DNA of 64,000 bases. Source: Mobula hypostoma. Lineage: Eukaryota. Shown in pieces: positions 34,601 through 49,600 of the stretch. The stretch is from the NCBI RefSeq assembly GCF_963921235.1, contig NC_086097.1, positions 31,932,001 to 31,996,000 of the forward strand, in the 5' to 3' direction. Positions within the stretch are counted from its first letter, which is position 1, and each line of letters begins with the position of its first letter. The notes beneath the pieces are model-generated. The model did not search any database. It saw only the letters and a program-made list of their open reading frames with translations, and had not been told where the DNA came from. A program made the position numbers and the translations under genes.

Positions 34601-37600
34601 CATTACTATCTGTACACCTCATCATTACCATCTGTACACCTCATCATCACCATCTGTACACCTCACACCATCTGTACACCTCACACCATCTGTACACCTC
34701 ATCATCACAGCCTGTACACTTCATCACCACCTGTACACCTCATCACCACCTGTACACTTCATCACCATCTGTACACCTCATCATCATCTGTACACCACCT
34801 CATCACCATCTGTACACCTCATCATTTGTACACCTCATCACCACCTTTACACCTCATCACCATCTGTACACATCACCACCTGTACACCTCACCACCTGTA
34901 CACTACACCACCTGTACACTACACCACCTGTACACCTCACCACCTGTACACCTCAACCACCTTGTACACCTCACCACCTGTACACCTCACCACCTGTACA
35001 CCTCACCACCTGTACACATCACCACCTGTACACCTCACCACCTGTACACCTCACCACCTGTACACCTCACCACCTGTACACCTCACCACCTGTACACCTC
35101 ACCACCTGTACACCTCACCACCTGTACACCTCACCACCTGTACACCTCACCACCTGTACACCTCACCACCTGTACACCTCACCACCTGTACACCTCACCA
35201 CCTGTACACCTCACCACCTGTACACCTCACCACCTGTACACCTGTACACCTCACCACTGTACACCTCACCACCTGTACACCTCACCACCTGTACACCTCA
35301 CTACCTGTACACCTCACCACCTGTACACCTCACTACCTGTACACCTCACCACCTGTACACCTCACCACCTGTACACCTCACCACCTGTACACCTCACCAC
35401 CTGTACACCTCACCACCTGTACACCTCACCACTTGTACACTACACCACCTGTACACCTCACCACCTGTACACCTCACCACCTGTACACATCACCACCTGT
35501 ACATCACCACATGTACACCACCTCATCACCATCTGTACGCTTCCTCATCACCATCTGTACACCCCCTCATCACCACATGTACACCTCCGCATCACCACCT
35601 GTACACCACCTCATCACCATCTGTACACCTCACCACCTGTACACCTCACCACCTGTACACCTCACCACCTGTACACCTCACTACCTGTACACCTCACCAC
35701 CTGTACACCTCACCACTTGTACACCTCAACACCTGTACACCTCACCACCTGTACACCTCACCACTTGTACACCTCACCACTTGTACACCTCATCATTACT
35801 ATCTGTACACCTCATCATTACCATCTGTACACCTCATCATCACCATCTGTACACCTCATCAGCATCTGTACACCTCATCACCATCTGTACACCACCTCAT
35901 CAACATCTGTACACCTCATCACCACCTGTACACATCACCACCTGTACACCTCATCATCTGTACACCTCATCATCACCTGTACACCTCATCACCATCTGTA
36001 CACCTCATCATCACCATCTGTACACCTCATCACCATCTGTACACCTCATCACCATCTGTACACCTCATCACTATCTGTACACCTCATCATCATCTTTACA
36101 CCTCATCATCATCTGTACACCTCATCACCATCTGTACACCTCATCATCATCTCTACAGCTCATCATCATATGTACACCTCATCGTCATCATCTGTACACC
36201 TCATCAGCACCGGTACACCATCTCGTCACCACCTGTACACCTCATTGTCACCATCTGTACAACTCATCACCATCTGTACACCACCTCATCATCTGTACAC
36301 CACCTCATCATCTGTACACCTCATCACCACCTGTACACCTCATCACCACCTGTACACCTCATCATCACCTGTACACCACCTCATCACCATCTGTACACCT
36401 CATCACCATCTGTACACCTCGTCACCACCTGTACACCTCATCATCTCTACACCTCGTCACCACCTGTACACCTCACCACCTGTACATCTCACCACCTGTA
36501 CACATCACCACCTGTACACCTCACCACTTGTAAACCTCACCACCTGTACATCTCACTACCTGTAAACGTCAACACCTGTACACCTCACCACCTGTACACC
36601 TCACCACCTGTACACTACACTACCTGTACACCTCACCACCTGTACACTACACCACCTGTACACCTCACCACCTGTACACCTCACCTACCTGTACACATCA
36701 CCACCTATACACCTCATCATCATCTGTACACCTCATCATCTGTAAAACTCATCACCATCTGTAAACCTCTTCATCAGCACTGTACACCTCATCACCACCT
36801 GTACACCTCATCATCACCTGTGGACCTCCTCACCACCTGTACACCTCATCATCACCTGTAGACCTCCTCACCATCTGTACACCTCATCATGACAATTTGC
36901 ACACCTCATCATTACTATCTGTACACACATTACCATCTGTACACCCCTTCATCACCATCTGCACACCTCCCATCACCATTTGCACACCTCATCATTACTA
37001 TCTGTACACCTCATCATTACCATCTGTACATCTCCTCATCAGCATCTGTAAACTTCATCACCATCTGTACACCTCATCATCATCTGTACACCACCTCATC
37101 ACCATCTGTACACCACCTCATCACCATCTGTACACCTCATCATCTGTACACCTCATCACCACCTTTACACCTCATCACCATCTGTACACATCACCGCCTT
37201 TACACCTCATCACCATCTGTACACCTCATCACCACCTGTACACCTCATCATCACCATCTGTACACCCCCTCACCACCATCTGTACACCTCATCATTACCA
37301 TCTGTACATCTCCTCATCAGCATCTGTACACTTCATCACCATCTGTACACCTCATCATCATCTGTACACCACCTCATCACCATCTGTACACCTCATCATC
37401 TGTACACCTCATCACCACCTGTACACCTCATCACCATCTGTACACCTCATCACCACCTTTACACCTCACCACCTGTACACCTCACTACCTGTAAACCTCA
37501 ACACCTGTACACCTCACCACCTGTACACCTCACTACTTGTACACTACACCACCTTTACACCTCACCACCTGTACACCTCACCACCTGTACACCTCACCAC

Positions 37601-40600
37601 CTGTACACCTCACTACCTGTACACCTCACCACCTGTACACCTCACCACCTGTACACCTCACCACCTGTACACCTCACCACCTGTACACCTCACCACCTGT
37701 ACACCTCACCACCTGTACACCTCACCACCTGTACACCTCACCACCTGTACACCTCACCACCTGTACACCTCACCACCTGTACACCTCACCACCTGTACAC
37801 CTCACTACCTGTACACCTCACCACCTGTACACTACACTACCTGTACACCTCACCACCTGTACACCTCACTACTTGTACACCTCACTACCTGTACACCTCA
37901 CCACCTGTACACCTCACCACTTGTACACCTCACCACCTGTACACCTCACCACCTGTACACCTCACCACCTGTACACCTCACCACCTGTACACCTCACCAC
38001 CTGTACACCTCACCACCTGTACACCTCACCACTTGTACACCTCATCACTTGTACACCTCATCACCGCCTGTACACCTCATCATCATCTGTACACCTCATC
38101 ACCACCTGTACACCTCACCACTTGTACACCTCACCACCTGTACACCTCACCACCTGTACACCTCACCACTTGTACACCTCACCACCTGTACACCTCACCA
38201 CCTGTACACCTCACCACCTGTACACCTCACCACTTGTACACCTCACCACCTGTACACCTCACCACTTGTACACCTCACCACCTGTACACCTCATCACCTG
38301 TACACATCACCGCCTGTACACCTCACCACTTGTACACATCACCACCTGTACACCTCACCACTTGTACACCTCACCACCTGTACACCTCATCACCACCTGT
38401 ACACCTCCTCATCAACATCTATACACCTCCTCATCACCACCTGTACACCTCCTCATCATCTGGACACCTCATCACCATCTGTACACCTCCTCATCACCAC
38501 ATGTACACCACCTCATCACCACCTGTACACCTCACTACCTGTAAACCTCAACACCTGTACACCTCACCACCTGTACACCTCACTACCTGTACACCTCACC
38601 ACCTGTACACCTCACCACCTGTACACCTCACCACCTGTACACCTCACTACCTGTACACCTCACCACCTGTACACCTCATCAGCATCTGTACACCTCGTAA
38701 CCATCTGTACACCTCATCGTCACCATCTGTACACCTCGTCGTCACCATCTCTACACCTCGTCGTCACCATCTCTACACCTCATCATCATCTGTACACCTC
38801 AGCACCATCTGTACACCACCTCATCACCATCTGTACACCTCATCACAAACTGTACACCTCATCATCATCTGTACACCTCATCACCACCTGTACACCTCAT
38901 CACCACCTGTACACCTCATCACCATCTGTACACCTCATCAGCATCTGTACACCTCGTAACCATCTGTACACCTCATCGTCACCATCTGTACACCTCGTCG
39001 TCACCATCTCTACACCTCGTCGTCACCATCTCTACACCTCATCATCATCTGTACACCTCAGCACCATCTGTACACCTCCTCATCACCATCTGTACACCTC
39101 ATCAGCATCTGTACACCTCGTAACCATCTGTACACCTCATCGTCACCATCTGTACACCTCGTCGTCACCATCTCTACACCTCGTCGTCACCATCTCTACA
39201 CCTCATCATCATCTGTACACCTCAGCACCATCTGTACACCACCTCATCACCATCTGTACACCTCATCACAAACTGTACACCTCATCATCATCTGTACACC
39301 TCATCACCACCTGTACACCATCTCGTCACCACCTGTACACCTCATTGTCACCATCTGTACAACTCATCACCATCTGTACACCGTAACCATCTGTACACCT
39401 CATCGTCACCATCTGTACACCTCGTCGTCACCATCTCTACACCTCGTCGTCACCATCTCTACACCTCATCATCATCTGTACACCTCAGCACCATCTGTAC
39501 ACCACCTCATCACCATCTGTACACCTCATCACAAACTGTACACCTCATCACCACCTGTACACCTCATCACCACCTGTACACCTCATCACCATCTGTACAC
39601 CTCATCACCATCATCTGTACACCTCATCATCACCATCTGTACACCTCATCACCATCTGTACACCTCACCACCTGTACACCTCACCACCTGTACACCTCAC
39701 CACCTGTACACCTCACCACCTGTACACCTCACCACCTGTACACCTCACCACCTGTACACCTCACCACCTGTACACCTCACCACCTGTACACCTCACCACC
39801 TGTACACCTCACCACCTGTACACCTCACCACCTGTACACTACACCACCTGTACACCTCACCACTTTACACCTCACCACCTGTACACCTCACTACCTGTAA
39901 ACCTCACCACCTGTACACCCTTTCATCACCATCTGTACACCCTTTCATCACCATCTGTACACTTCCTCATCACCATCTGTACACCCCCTCATCACCATCT
40001 GTACACTTCCTCACCACCATCTGTACACCCCTTCATCACGCCCTGTACACCTCATCATCATCATCCGTACACCCCCTCATCACCACATGTACACCTCCAC
40101 ATCACCACCTGTACACCAGCTCATCACCATCTGTACACTTCCTCATCACCATCTGTACACCCCCTCATCACCATCTGTACACTTCCTCATCACCATCTGT
40201 ACACTTCCTCATCACCACCTGTACACCACCTCATCACCATCTGTACACCCCCTCAGCACCATCTGTACACTTCCTCATCACCATCTGTACACTTCCTCAT
40301 CACCATTTGTACACCCCCTCATCACCATCTGTACACCTCCTCATCACCACATGTATACCACCTCATAACCACATGTACACCACCTCATCACCATCTGTAC
40401 GCTTCCTCATCACCATCTGTACACCTCCTCATCACCACATGTACACCTCCTCATCACCACCTGTACACCACCTCATCACCATCTGTACACCCCCTCAGCA
40501 CCATCTGTACACCTCATCATTACAATTTGCGCACCTCATCATTACTATCTGTACACCTCCTCATCACCATCTGTACACCCCTTCATCACCATCTGCACAC

Positions 40601-43600
40601 CTCCCATCACCATCTGTACACCTCATCATCCTCATTTGCACACCTCATCATTACTATCTGTACACCTCATCATTACCATCTGTACATCTCCTCATCAGCA
40701 TCTGTACACCTCATCAGCATCTGTACACCTCATCACCATCTGTACACCACCTCATCATCATCTGTACACCTCATCACCACCTGTACACCTCATCACCACC
40801 TGTACACCTCATCATCTGTACACCTCATCATCACCTGTACACCTCATCACCATCTGTACACCTCATCATCACCATTTGTACACCTCATCATCACCATCTG
40901 TACACCTCATCACTATCTGTACACCTCATCATCATCTGTACACCTCATCACCATCTGTACACCTCATCACCATCTGTACACCTCATCATCATCTCTACAC
41001 CTCATCATCATATGTACAACTCATCGTCATCATCTGTACACCTCATCAGCACCTGTACACCATCTCGTCACCACCTGTACACCTCATTGTCACCATCTGT
41101 ACAACTCATCACCATCTGTACACCACCTCATCATCTGTACACCACCTCATCACCACCTGTACACCTCATCATCACCTGTACACCACCTGTACACCTCATC
41201 ACCATCTGTACACCTCATCACCATCTGTACACCTCATCACCATCTGTACACCTCATGACCACCTGTACACATCATCACCTGTACACCTCATCACCACCAA
41301 GTGTACACCTCAGCACCACCTGTACACCTCATCACCATCTGTATAGCTCAACATCACCATCAGTACACCTCATCATCACCATCAGTACACCTCCTGATGA
41401 TCATCTGTACACCTCGCCATCACCATCTCTACACCTCATCATTATCTGTACACCTCATCATCACCATCTATACACCTCATCATCATCTGTACACCTCATC
41501 ATCTGTAAAACTCATCACCATCTGTAAACCTCTTCATCAGCACTGTACACCTCATCACCACCTGTACACCTCATCTTCACCTGTGGACCTCCTCACCACC
41601 TGTACACCTCATCATCACCTGTAGACATCCTCACCATCTGTACACCACCTCATCACCATCTGTACACCACCTCATCACCATCTGTACACCTCATCATCTG
41701 TACACCTCATCACCACCTTTACACCTCATCACCATCTGTACACATCACCACCTTTACACCTCATCACCATCTGTACACCTCATCACCACCTGTACACCTC
41801 ATCATCACCATCTGTACACCTCATCATCACCATCTGTACACCCCCTCACCACCATCTGTACACCCCCTCATCACCACATGTACACCTCCTCGCCATCTGT
41901 ACACCTCCTCATCACAACCTGTACACCTCCTCATCACCATCTGTACACCCCTTCATCACCATCTGTACACCCCTTCATCACCATCTGTACACTTCCTCAT
42001 CACCATCTGTACACCCCCTCATCACCATCTGTACACTTCCTCATCACCATCTGTACACCCCTTCATCATCACCTGTACATCTCATCATCACCATCCGTAC
42101 ACCCCCTCATCACCACATGTACACCTCCTCGCCATCTGTACTCCTCCTCATCACCACCTGTACACCTCCTCATCACCACCTGTACACCTCCTCATCACCA
42201 TCTGTACACCCCTTCATCACCATCTGTACACCCCTTCATCACCATCTGTACACTTCCTCATCACCATCTGTACACCTCATCACCATCTGTACACTTCCTC
42301 ATCACCATCTGTACACCCCCTCATCACCACCTGTACATCTCATCATCACCATCCGTACACCCCCTCACCACATGTACACCTCCTCGCCATCTGTACACCT
42401 CCTCATCACCACCTGTACACCTCCTCATCACCATCTGTACACCCCTTCATCACCATCTGTACACCCCTTCATCACCATCTGTACACTTCCTCATCACCAT
42501 CTGTACACCCCCTCATCACCATCTGTACACTTCCTCATCACCATCTGTACACCCCTTCATCATCACCTGTACATCTCATCATCACCATCCGTACACCCCC
42601 TCATCTCCACATGTACACCTCCTCATCACCATTTGTACACCACCACATCACCATCTGTACACCCCCTCTGCATCATCTGTACACTTCCTCATCACCATCT
42701 GTACACCCCCTCATCACCATCTGTACACCTCCTCATCACCATCTGTACACTTCATCACCATCTGTACACCTCGTCATCACCATTTGTACACCTCGTCGTC
42801 ACCATCTCTACACCTCGTCATCACCATCTCTACACCTCATCATCATCTGTACACCTCAGCATCATCTGTACACCACCTCATCACCATCTGTACACCTCAT
42901 CACAAACTGTACACCTCATCATCATCTGTACACCTCATCATCATCTGTACACCTCATCACCACTTGTACACCTCACTTGTACACTACACCACCTGTACAC
43001 CTCACCACCTGTACACCTCACCACCTGTACACCTCACCACCTGTACACCTCACCACCTGTACACCTCACCACCTGTACACCTCACCACCTGTACACCTCA
43101 CCACTTGTACACCTCACCACCTGTACACCTCACCACCTGTACACCTCCTCATCACCACCTGTACACCTCCTCATCACCACCTGTACACCTCATCACCATC
43201 TGTACACCTCCTCATCACCATCTGTACACCTCATCAGCATCTGTACACCTCGTAACCATCTGTACACCTCATCGTCACCATCTGTACACCTCGTCGTCAC
43301 CATCTCTACACCTCGTCGTCACCATCTCTACACCTCATCATCATCTGTACACCTCAGCACCATCTGTACACCACCTCATCACCATCTGTACACCTCATCA
43401 CAAACTGTACACCTCATCATCATCTGTACACCTCATCACCACCTGTACACCTCATCACCACCTGTACACCTCATCACCATCTGTACACCTCATCAGCATT
43501 TGTACACCTCGTAACCATCTCTACACCTCGTCGTCACCATCTCTACACCTCATCATCATCTGTACACCTCAGCACCATCTGTACACCACCTCATCACCAT

Positions 43601-46600
43601 CTGTACACCTCATCACAAACTGTACACCTCATCACCACCTGTACACCTCATCACCACCTGTACACCTCATCACCATCTGTACACCTCACCACTTGTACAC
43701 CTCACCACCTGTACACCTCACCACCTGTACACCTCACCACCTGTACACCTCACCACCTGTACACCTCACCACCTGTACACCTCACTACCTGTACACCTCA
43801 CCACCTGTACACCTCACCACCTGTACACCTCACCACCTGTACACCTCACCACCTGTACACCTCACCACTTGTACACCTCACCACCTGTACACCTCACCAC
43901 CTGTACACCTCACCACCTGTACACCTCACCACTTGTACACCTCACCACCTGTACACCTCACCACCTGTCATCACCATCTGTCACACTTCCTCACCACCAT
44001 CTGTACACCCCTTCATCACGCCCTGTACACCTCATCATCCGTACACTACACCACCTGTACACCTCACCACTTGTACACCTCAACACTTGTACACTACACC
44101 ACCTGTACACCTCACCACCTGTACACCTCACCACCTGTACACATCACCACCTGTACACCTCACCACCTGTACACCTCACCACCTGTACACCTCACCACCT
44201 GTACACCTCACCACCTGTACACCTCACCACCTGTACACCTCACCACCTGTACACCTCACCACCTGTACACCTCACCACTTGTACACCTCACCACCTGTAC
44301 ACCTCACCACTTGTACACCTCACCACCTTTACACCTCACCACCTGTACACCTCACCACCTGTACACCTCACCACCTGTACACCTCACCACCTGTACACCT
44401 CACCACCTGTACACCTCACCACCTGTACACCTCACCACCTGTACACCTCACCACCTGTACACCTCACCACCTGTACACCTCAACACCTGTACACCTCACC
44501 ACCTGTACACCTCACTACCTGTACACCTCACCACCTGTACACTACACCACCTGTACACCTCACCACTTGTACACCTCAACACTTGTACACCTCACCACCT
44601 GTACACCTCACCACCTGTACACCTCACCACCTGTACACCTCACCACCTGTACACCTCACCACCTGTACACCTCATCACCTGTACACCTCACCACCTGTAC
44701 ACCTCACCACTTGTACACCTCACCACCTGTACACCTCACCACCTGTACACCTCACCACCTGTACACCTCACCACTTGTACACTACACCACCTTTACACCT
44801 CACCACCTGTACACCTCATCACCTGTACACATCACCGCCTGTACACCTCATCATCTGTACACCTCATCATCACCTGTACACCTCATCACCATCTGTACAC
44901 CTCATCATCACCATTTGTACACCTCATCATCACCATCTGTACACCTCATCACCATCTGTACACCTCATCACTATCTGTACACCTCATCATCATCTGTACA
45001 CCTCATCACCATCTGTACACCTCATCACCATCTGTACACCTCACCACCTGTACACATCACCACCTGTACACCTCACCACTTGTACACCTCACCACCTGTA
45101 CACCTCACCACCTGTACACTACACCACCTGTACACCTCACCACTTTACACCTCACCACCTGTACACCTCACTACCTGTAAACCTCAACACCTGTACACCT
45201 CACCACCTGTACACCTCACCACCTGTACACCTCACCACCTCTACACCTCATCATTATCTGTACACCTCATCATCACCATCTATACACCTCATCATCATCT
45301 GTACACCTCATCATCTGTAAAACTCATCACCATCTGTAAACCTCTTCATCAGCACTGTACACCTCATCACCACCTGTACACCTCATCTTCACCTGTGGAC
45401 CTCCTCACCACCTGTACACCTCATCATCACCTGTAGACATCCTCACCATCTGTACACCACCTCATCACCATCTGTACACCACCTCATCACCATCTGTACA
45501 CCTCATCATCTGTACACCTCATCACCACCTTTACACCTCATCACCATCTGTACACATCACCACCTTTACACCTCATCACCATCTGTACACCTCATCACCA
45601 CCTGTACACCTCATCATCACCATCTGTACACCCCCTCACCACCATCTGTACACCCCCTCATCACCACATGTACACCTCCTCGCCATCTGTACACCTCCTC
45701 ATCACAACCTGTACACCTCCTCATCACCATCTGTACACCCCTTCATCACCATCTGTACACCCCTTCATCACCATCTGTACACTTCCTCATCACCATCTGT
45801 ACACCCCCTCATCACCATCTGTACACTTCCTCATCACCATCTGTACACCCACTACCTGTACACCTCACCACCTGTACACCTCACCACTTGTACACTACAC
45901 CACCTGTACACCTCACCACTTTACACCTCACCACCTGTACACCTCACTACCTGTAAACCTCACCACCTGTACACCTCACCACCTGTACACCTCACCACCT
46001 GTACACCTCACCACCTGTACACCTCACCACCTGTACACCTCACCACCTGTACACCTCACCACCTGTACACCTCACCACCTGTACACCTCACCACCTGTCA
46101 CACCCTGTACACCTCATCCATCTGTACACTTCCTCATCACCATCTGTACACCCCCTCATCACCATCTGTACACTTCCTCATCACCATCTGTACACCCCTT
46201 CATCATCACCTGTACATCTCATCATCACCATCCGTACACCCCCTCATCACCACATGTACACCTCCTCGCCATCTGTACACCTCCTCATCACCACCTGTAC
46301 ACCTCCTCATCACCATCTGTACACCCCTTCATCACCATCTGTACACCCCTTCATCACCATCTGTACACCTCATCATCACCATCTATACACCCCCTCACCA
46401 CCATCTGTACACCCCCTCATCACCACATGTACACCTCCTCGCCATCTGTACACCTCCTCATCACCACCTGTACACCTCCTCATCACCATCTGTACACCCC
46501 TTCATCACCATCTGTACACCCCTTCATCACCATCTGTACACCTCATCACCATCTGTACACCTCATCATCATCTGTACACCACCTCATCACCATCTGTACA

Positions 46601-49600
46601 CCTCATCACCATCTGTACACATCACCACCTTTACACCTCATCACCACCTTTACACCTCATCACCACCTTTACACCTCATCACCACCTGTACACCTCATCA
46701 TCACCATCTGTACACCCCCTCACCACCATCTGTACACCCCCTCATCACCACATGTACACCTCCTCGCCATCTGTACACCTTCTCATCACAACCTGTACAC
46801 CTCCTCATCACCATCTGTACACCCCTTCATCACCATCTGTACACTTCCTCATCACCATCTGTACACCCCCTCATCACCATCTGTACACTTCCTCATCACC
46901 ATCTGTACACCCCTTCATCATCACCTGTACATCTCATCATCACCATCCGTACACCCCCACATCACCACATGTACACCTCCTCGCCATCTGTACTCCTCCT
47001 CATCACCATCTGTACACCCCTTCATCACCATCTGTACACCCCTTCATCACCATCTGTACACTTCCTCATCACCATCTGTACACCCCCTCATCACCATCTG
47101 TACACTTCCTCATCACCATCTGTACACCCCTTCATCATCACCTGTACATCTCATCATCACCATCCGTACACCCCCTCATCACCACATGTACACCTCCTCG
47201 CCATCTGTACACCTCCTCATCACCACCTGTACACCTCCTCATCACCACCTGTACACCTCCTCATCACCATCTGTACACCCCTTCATCACCATCTGTACAC
47301 CCCTTCATCACCATCTGTACACTTCCTCATCACCATCTGTACACCCCCTCATCACCATCTGTACACTTCCTCATCACCATCTGTACACCCCTTCATCATC
47401 ACCTGTACATCTCATCATCACCATCCGTACACCCCCTCATCTCCACATGTACACCTCCTCATCACCATTTGTACACCACCACATCACCATCTGTACACCC
47501 CCTCTGCATCATCTGTACACTTCCTCATCACCATCTGTACACCCCCTCATCACCATCTGTACACCTCCTCATCACCATCTGTACACTTCATCACCATCTG
47601 TACACCTCGTCATCACCATCTGTACACCTCGTCATCACCATCTCTACACCTCGTCGTCACCATCTCTACACCTCGTCATCACCATCTCTACACCTCATCA
47701 ATATCTGTACACCTCAGCATCATCTGTACACCACCTCATCACCATCTGTACACCTCATCACAAACTGTACACCTCATCATCATCTGTACACCTCATCACC
47801 ACTTGTACACCTCACCACATCTGTACACCTCACCACCTGTACACCTCACCACTTTACACCTCACCACCTGTACACCTCACACCACCTGTACACCTCACCA
47901 CCTCACCACCTCACCACCTGTACACCTCACCACCTGTACACCTCACCACCTGTACACCTCACCACCTGTACACCTCACCACCTGTACACCTCACCACCTG
48001 TACACCTCACCACCTGTACACCTCACCACCTGTACACCTCACCACCTGTACACTCACCACTGTACACCTCACCACCTTTACACCTCACCACCTGTACACC
48101 TCATCACCTGTACACATCACCGCCTGTACACCTCACCACTTGTACACCTCACCACCTGTACACCTCACCACCTGTACACTACACCACCTGTACACCTCAC
48201 CACTTTACACCTCACCACCTGTACACCTCACTACCTGTAAACCTCAACACCTGTACACCTCACCACCTGCACACCTCCCATCACCATCTGTACACCCCCT
48301 CATCACCACATGTACACCTCCCATCACCATCTGTACACCTCATCATCACCATCTGTACACCTCCTCATCACCATCTGTACATCTCATCAGCATCTGTACA
48401 CCTCGTAACCATCTGTACACCTCATCGTCACCATCTGTACACCTCACCACCTGTACACCTCACTACCTGTACACCTCACCACCTGTACACCTCACCACCT
48501 GTACACCTCACCACCTGTACACCTCACCACTTGTACACCTCACCACCTGTACACCTCACCACCTGTACACCTCACCACCTGTACACCTCACCACCTGTAC
48601 ACCTCATCATAAACTGTACACCTCATCATCATCTGTACACCTCATCACCACCTGTACACCTCATCACCACCTGTACACCTCATCACCATCTGTACACCTC
48701 ATCACCATCATCTGTACACCTCATCATCACCATCTGTACACCTCATCACCATCTGTACACCTCATCACCATCTGTACACCTCCTCATCACCACCTGCACA
48801 CCTCCCATCACCATCTGTACACCCCCTCATCACCACATGTACACCTCCCATCACCATCTGTACACCTCATCATCACCTTCTGTACACCTCCTCATCACCA
48901 TCTGTACATCTCATCAGCATCTGTACACCTCGTAACCATCTGTACACCTCATCATCACCATCTGTACACCTCCTCATCACCATCTGTACATCTCATCAGC
49001 ATCTGTACACCTCGTAACCATCTGTACACCTTATCGTCACCATCTGTACACCTCCTGATGATCATCTGTGCACCTCACTACCTGTACACCTCACCACCTG
49101 TACACCTCACCACTTTACATCACCATCTGTACACCTCCTCGTCACCATCTCTACACCTCGTCGTCACCATCTCTACACCTCGTCGTCACCATCTCTACAC
49201 CTCGTCGTCACCATCTCTACACCTCGTCGTCACCATCTCTACACCTCATCATCATCTGTACACCTCAGCACCATCTGTACACCACCTCATCACCATCTGT
49301 ACACCTCATCACAAACTGTACACCTCATCATCATCTGTACACCTCATCACCACCTGTACACCTCATCACCACCTGTACACCTCCTCATCACCATCTGTAC
49401 ACCTCATCACCACCATCTGTACACCTCATCACCATCTGTACACCTCATCACCATCTGTACACCTCATCATCACCATCTGTACACCTCATCACCATCTGTA
49501 CACCTCCTCATCACCACCTGCACACCTCCCATCACCATCTGTACACCCCCTCATCACCACATGTACACCTCCCATCACCATCTGTACACCTCATCATCAC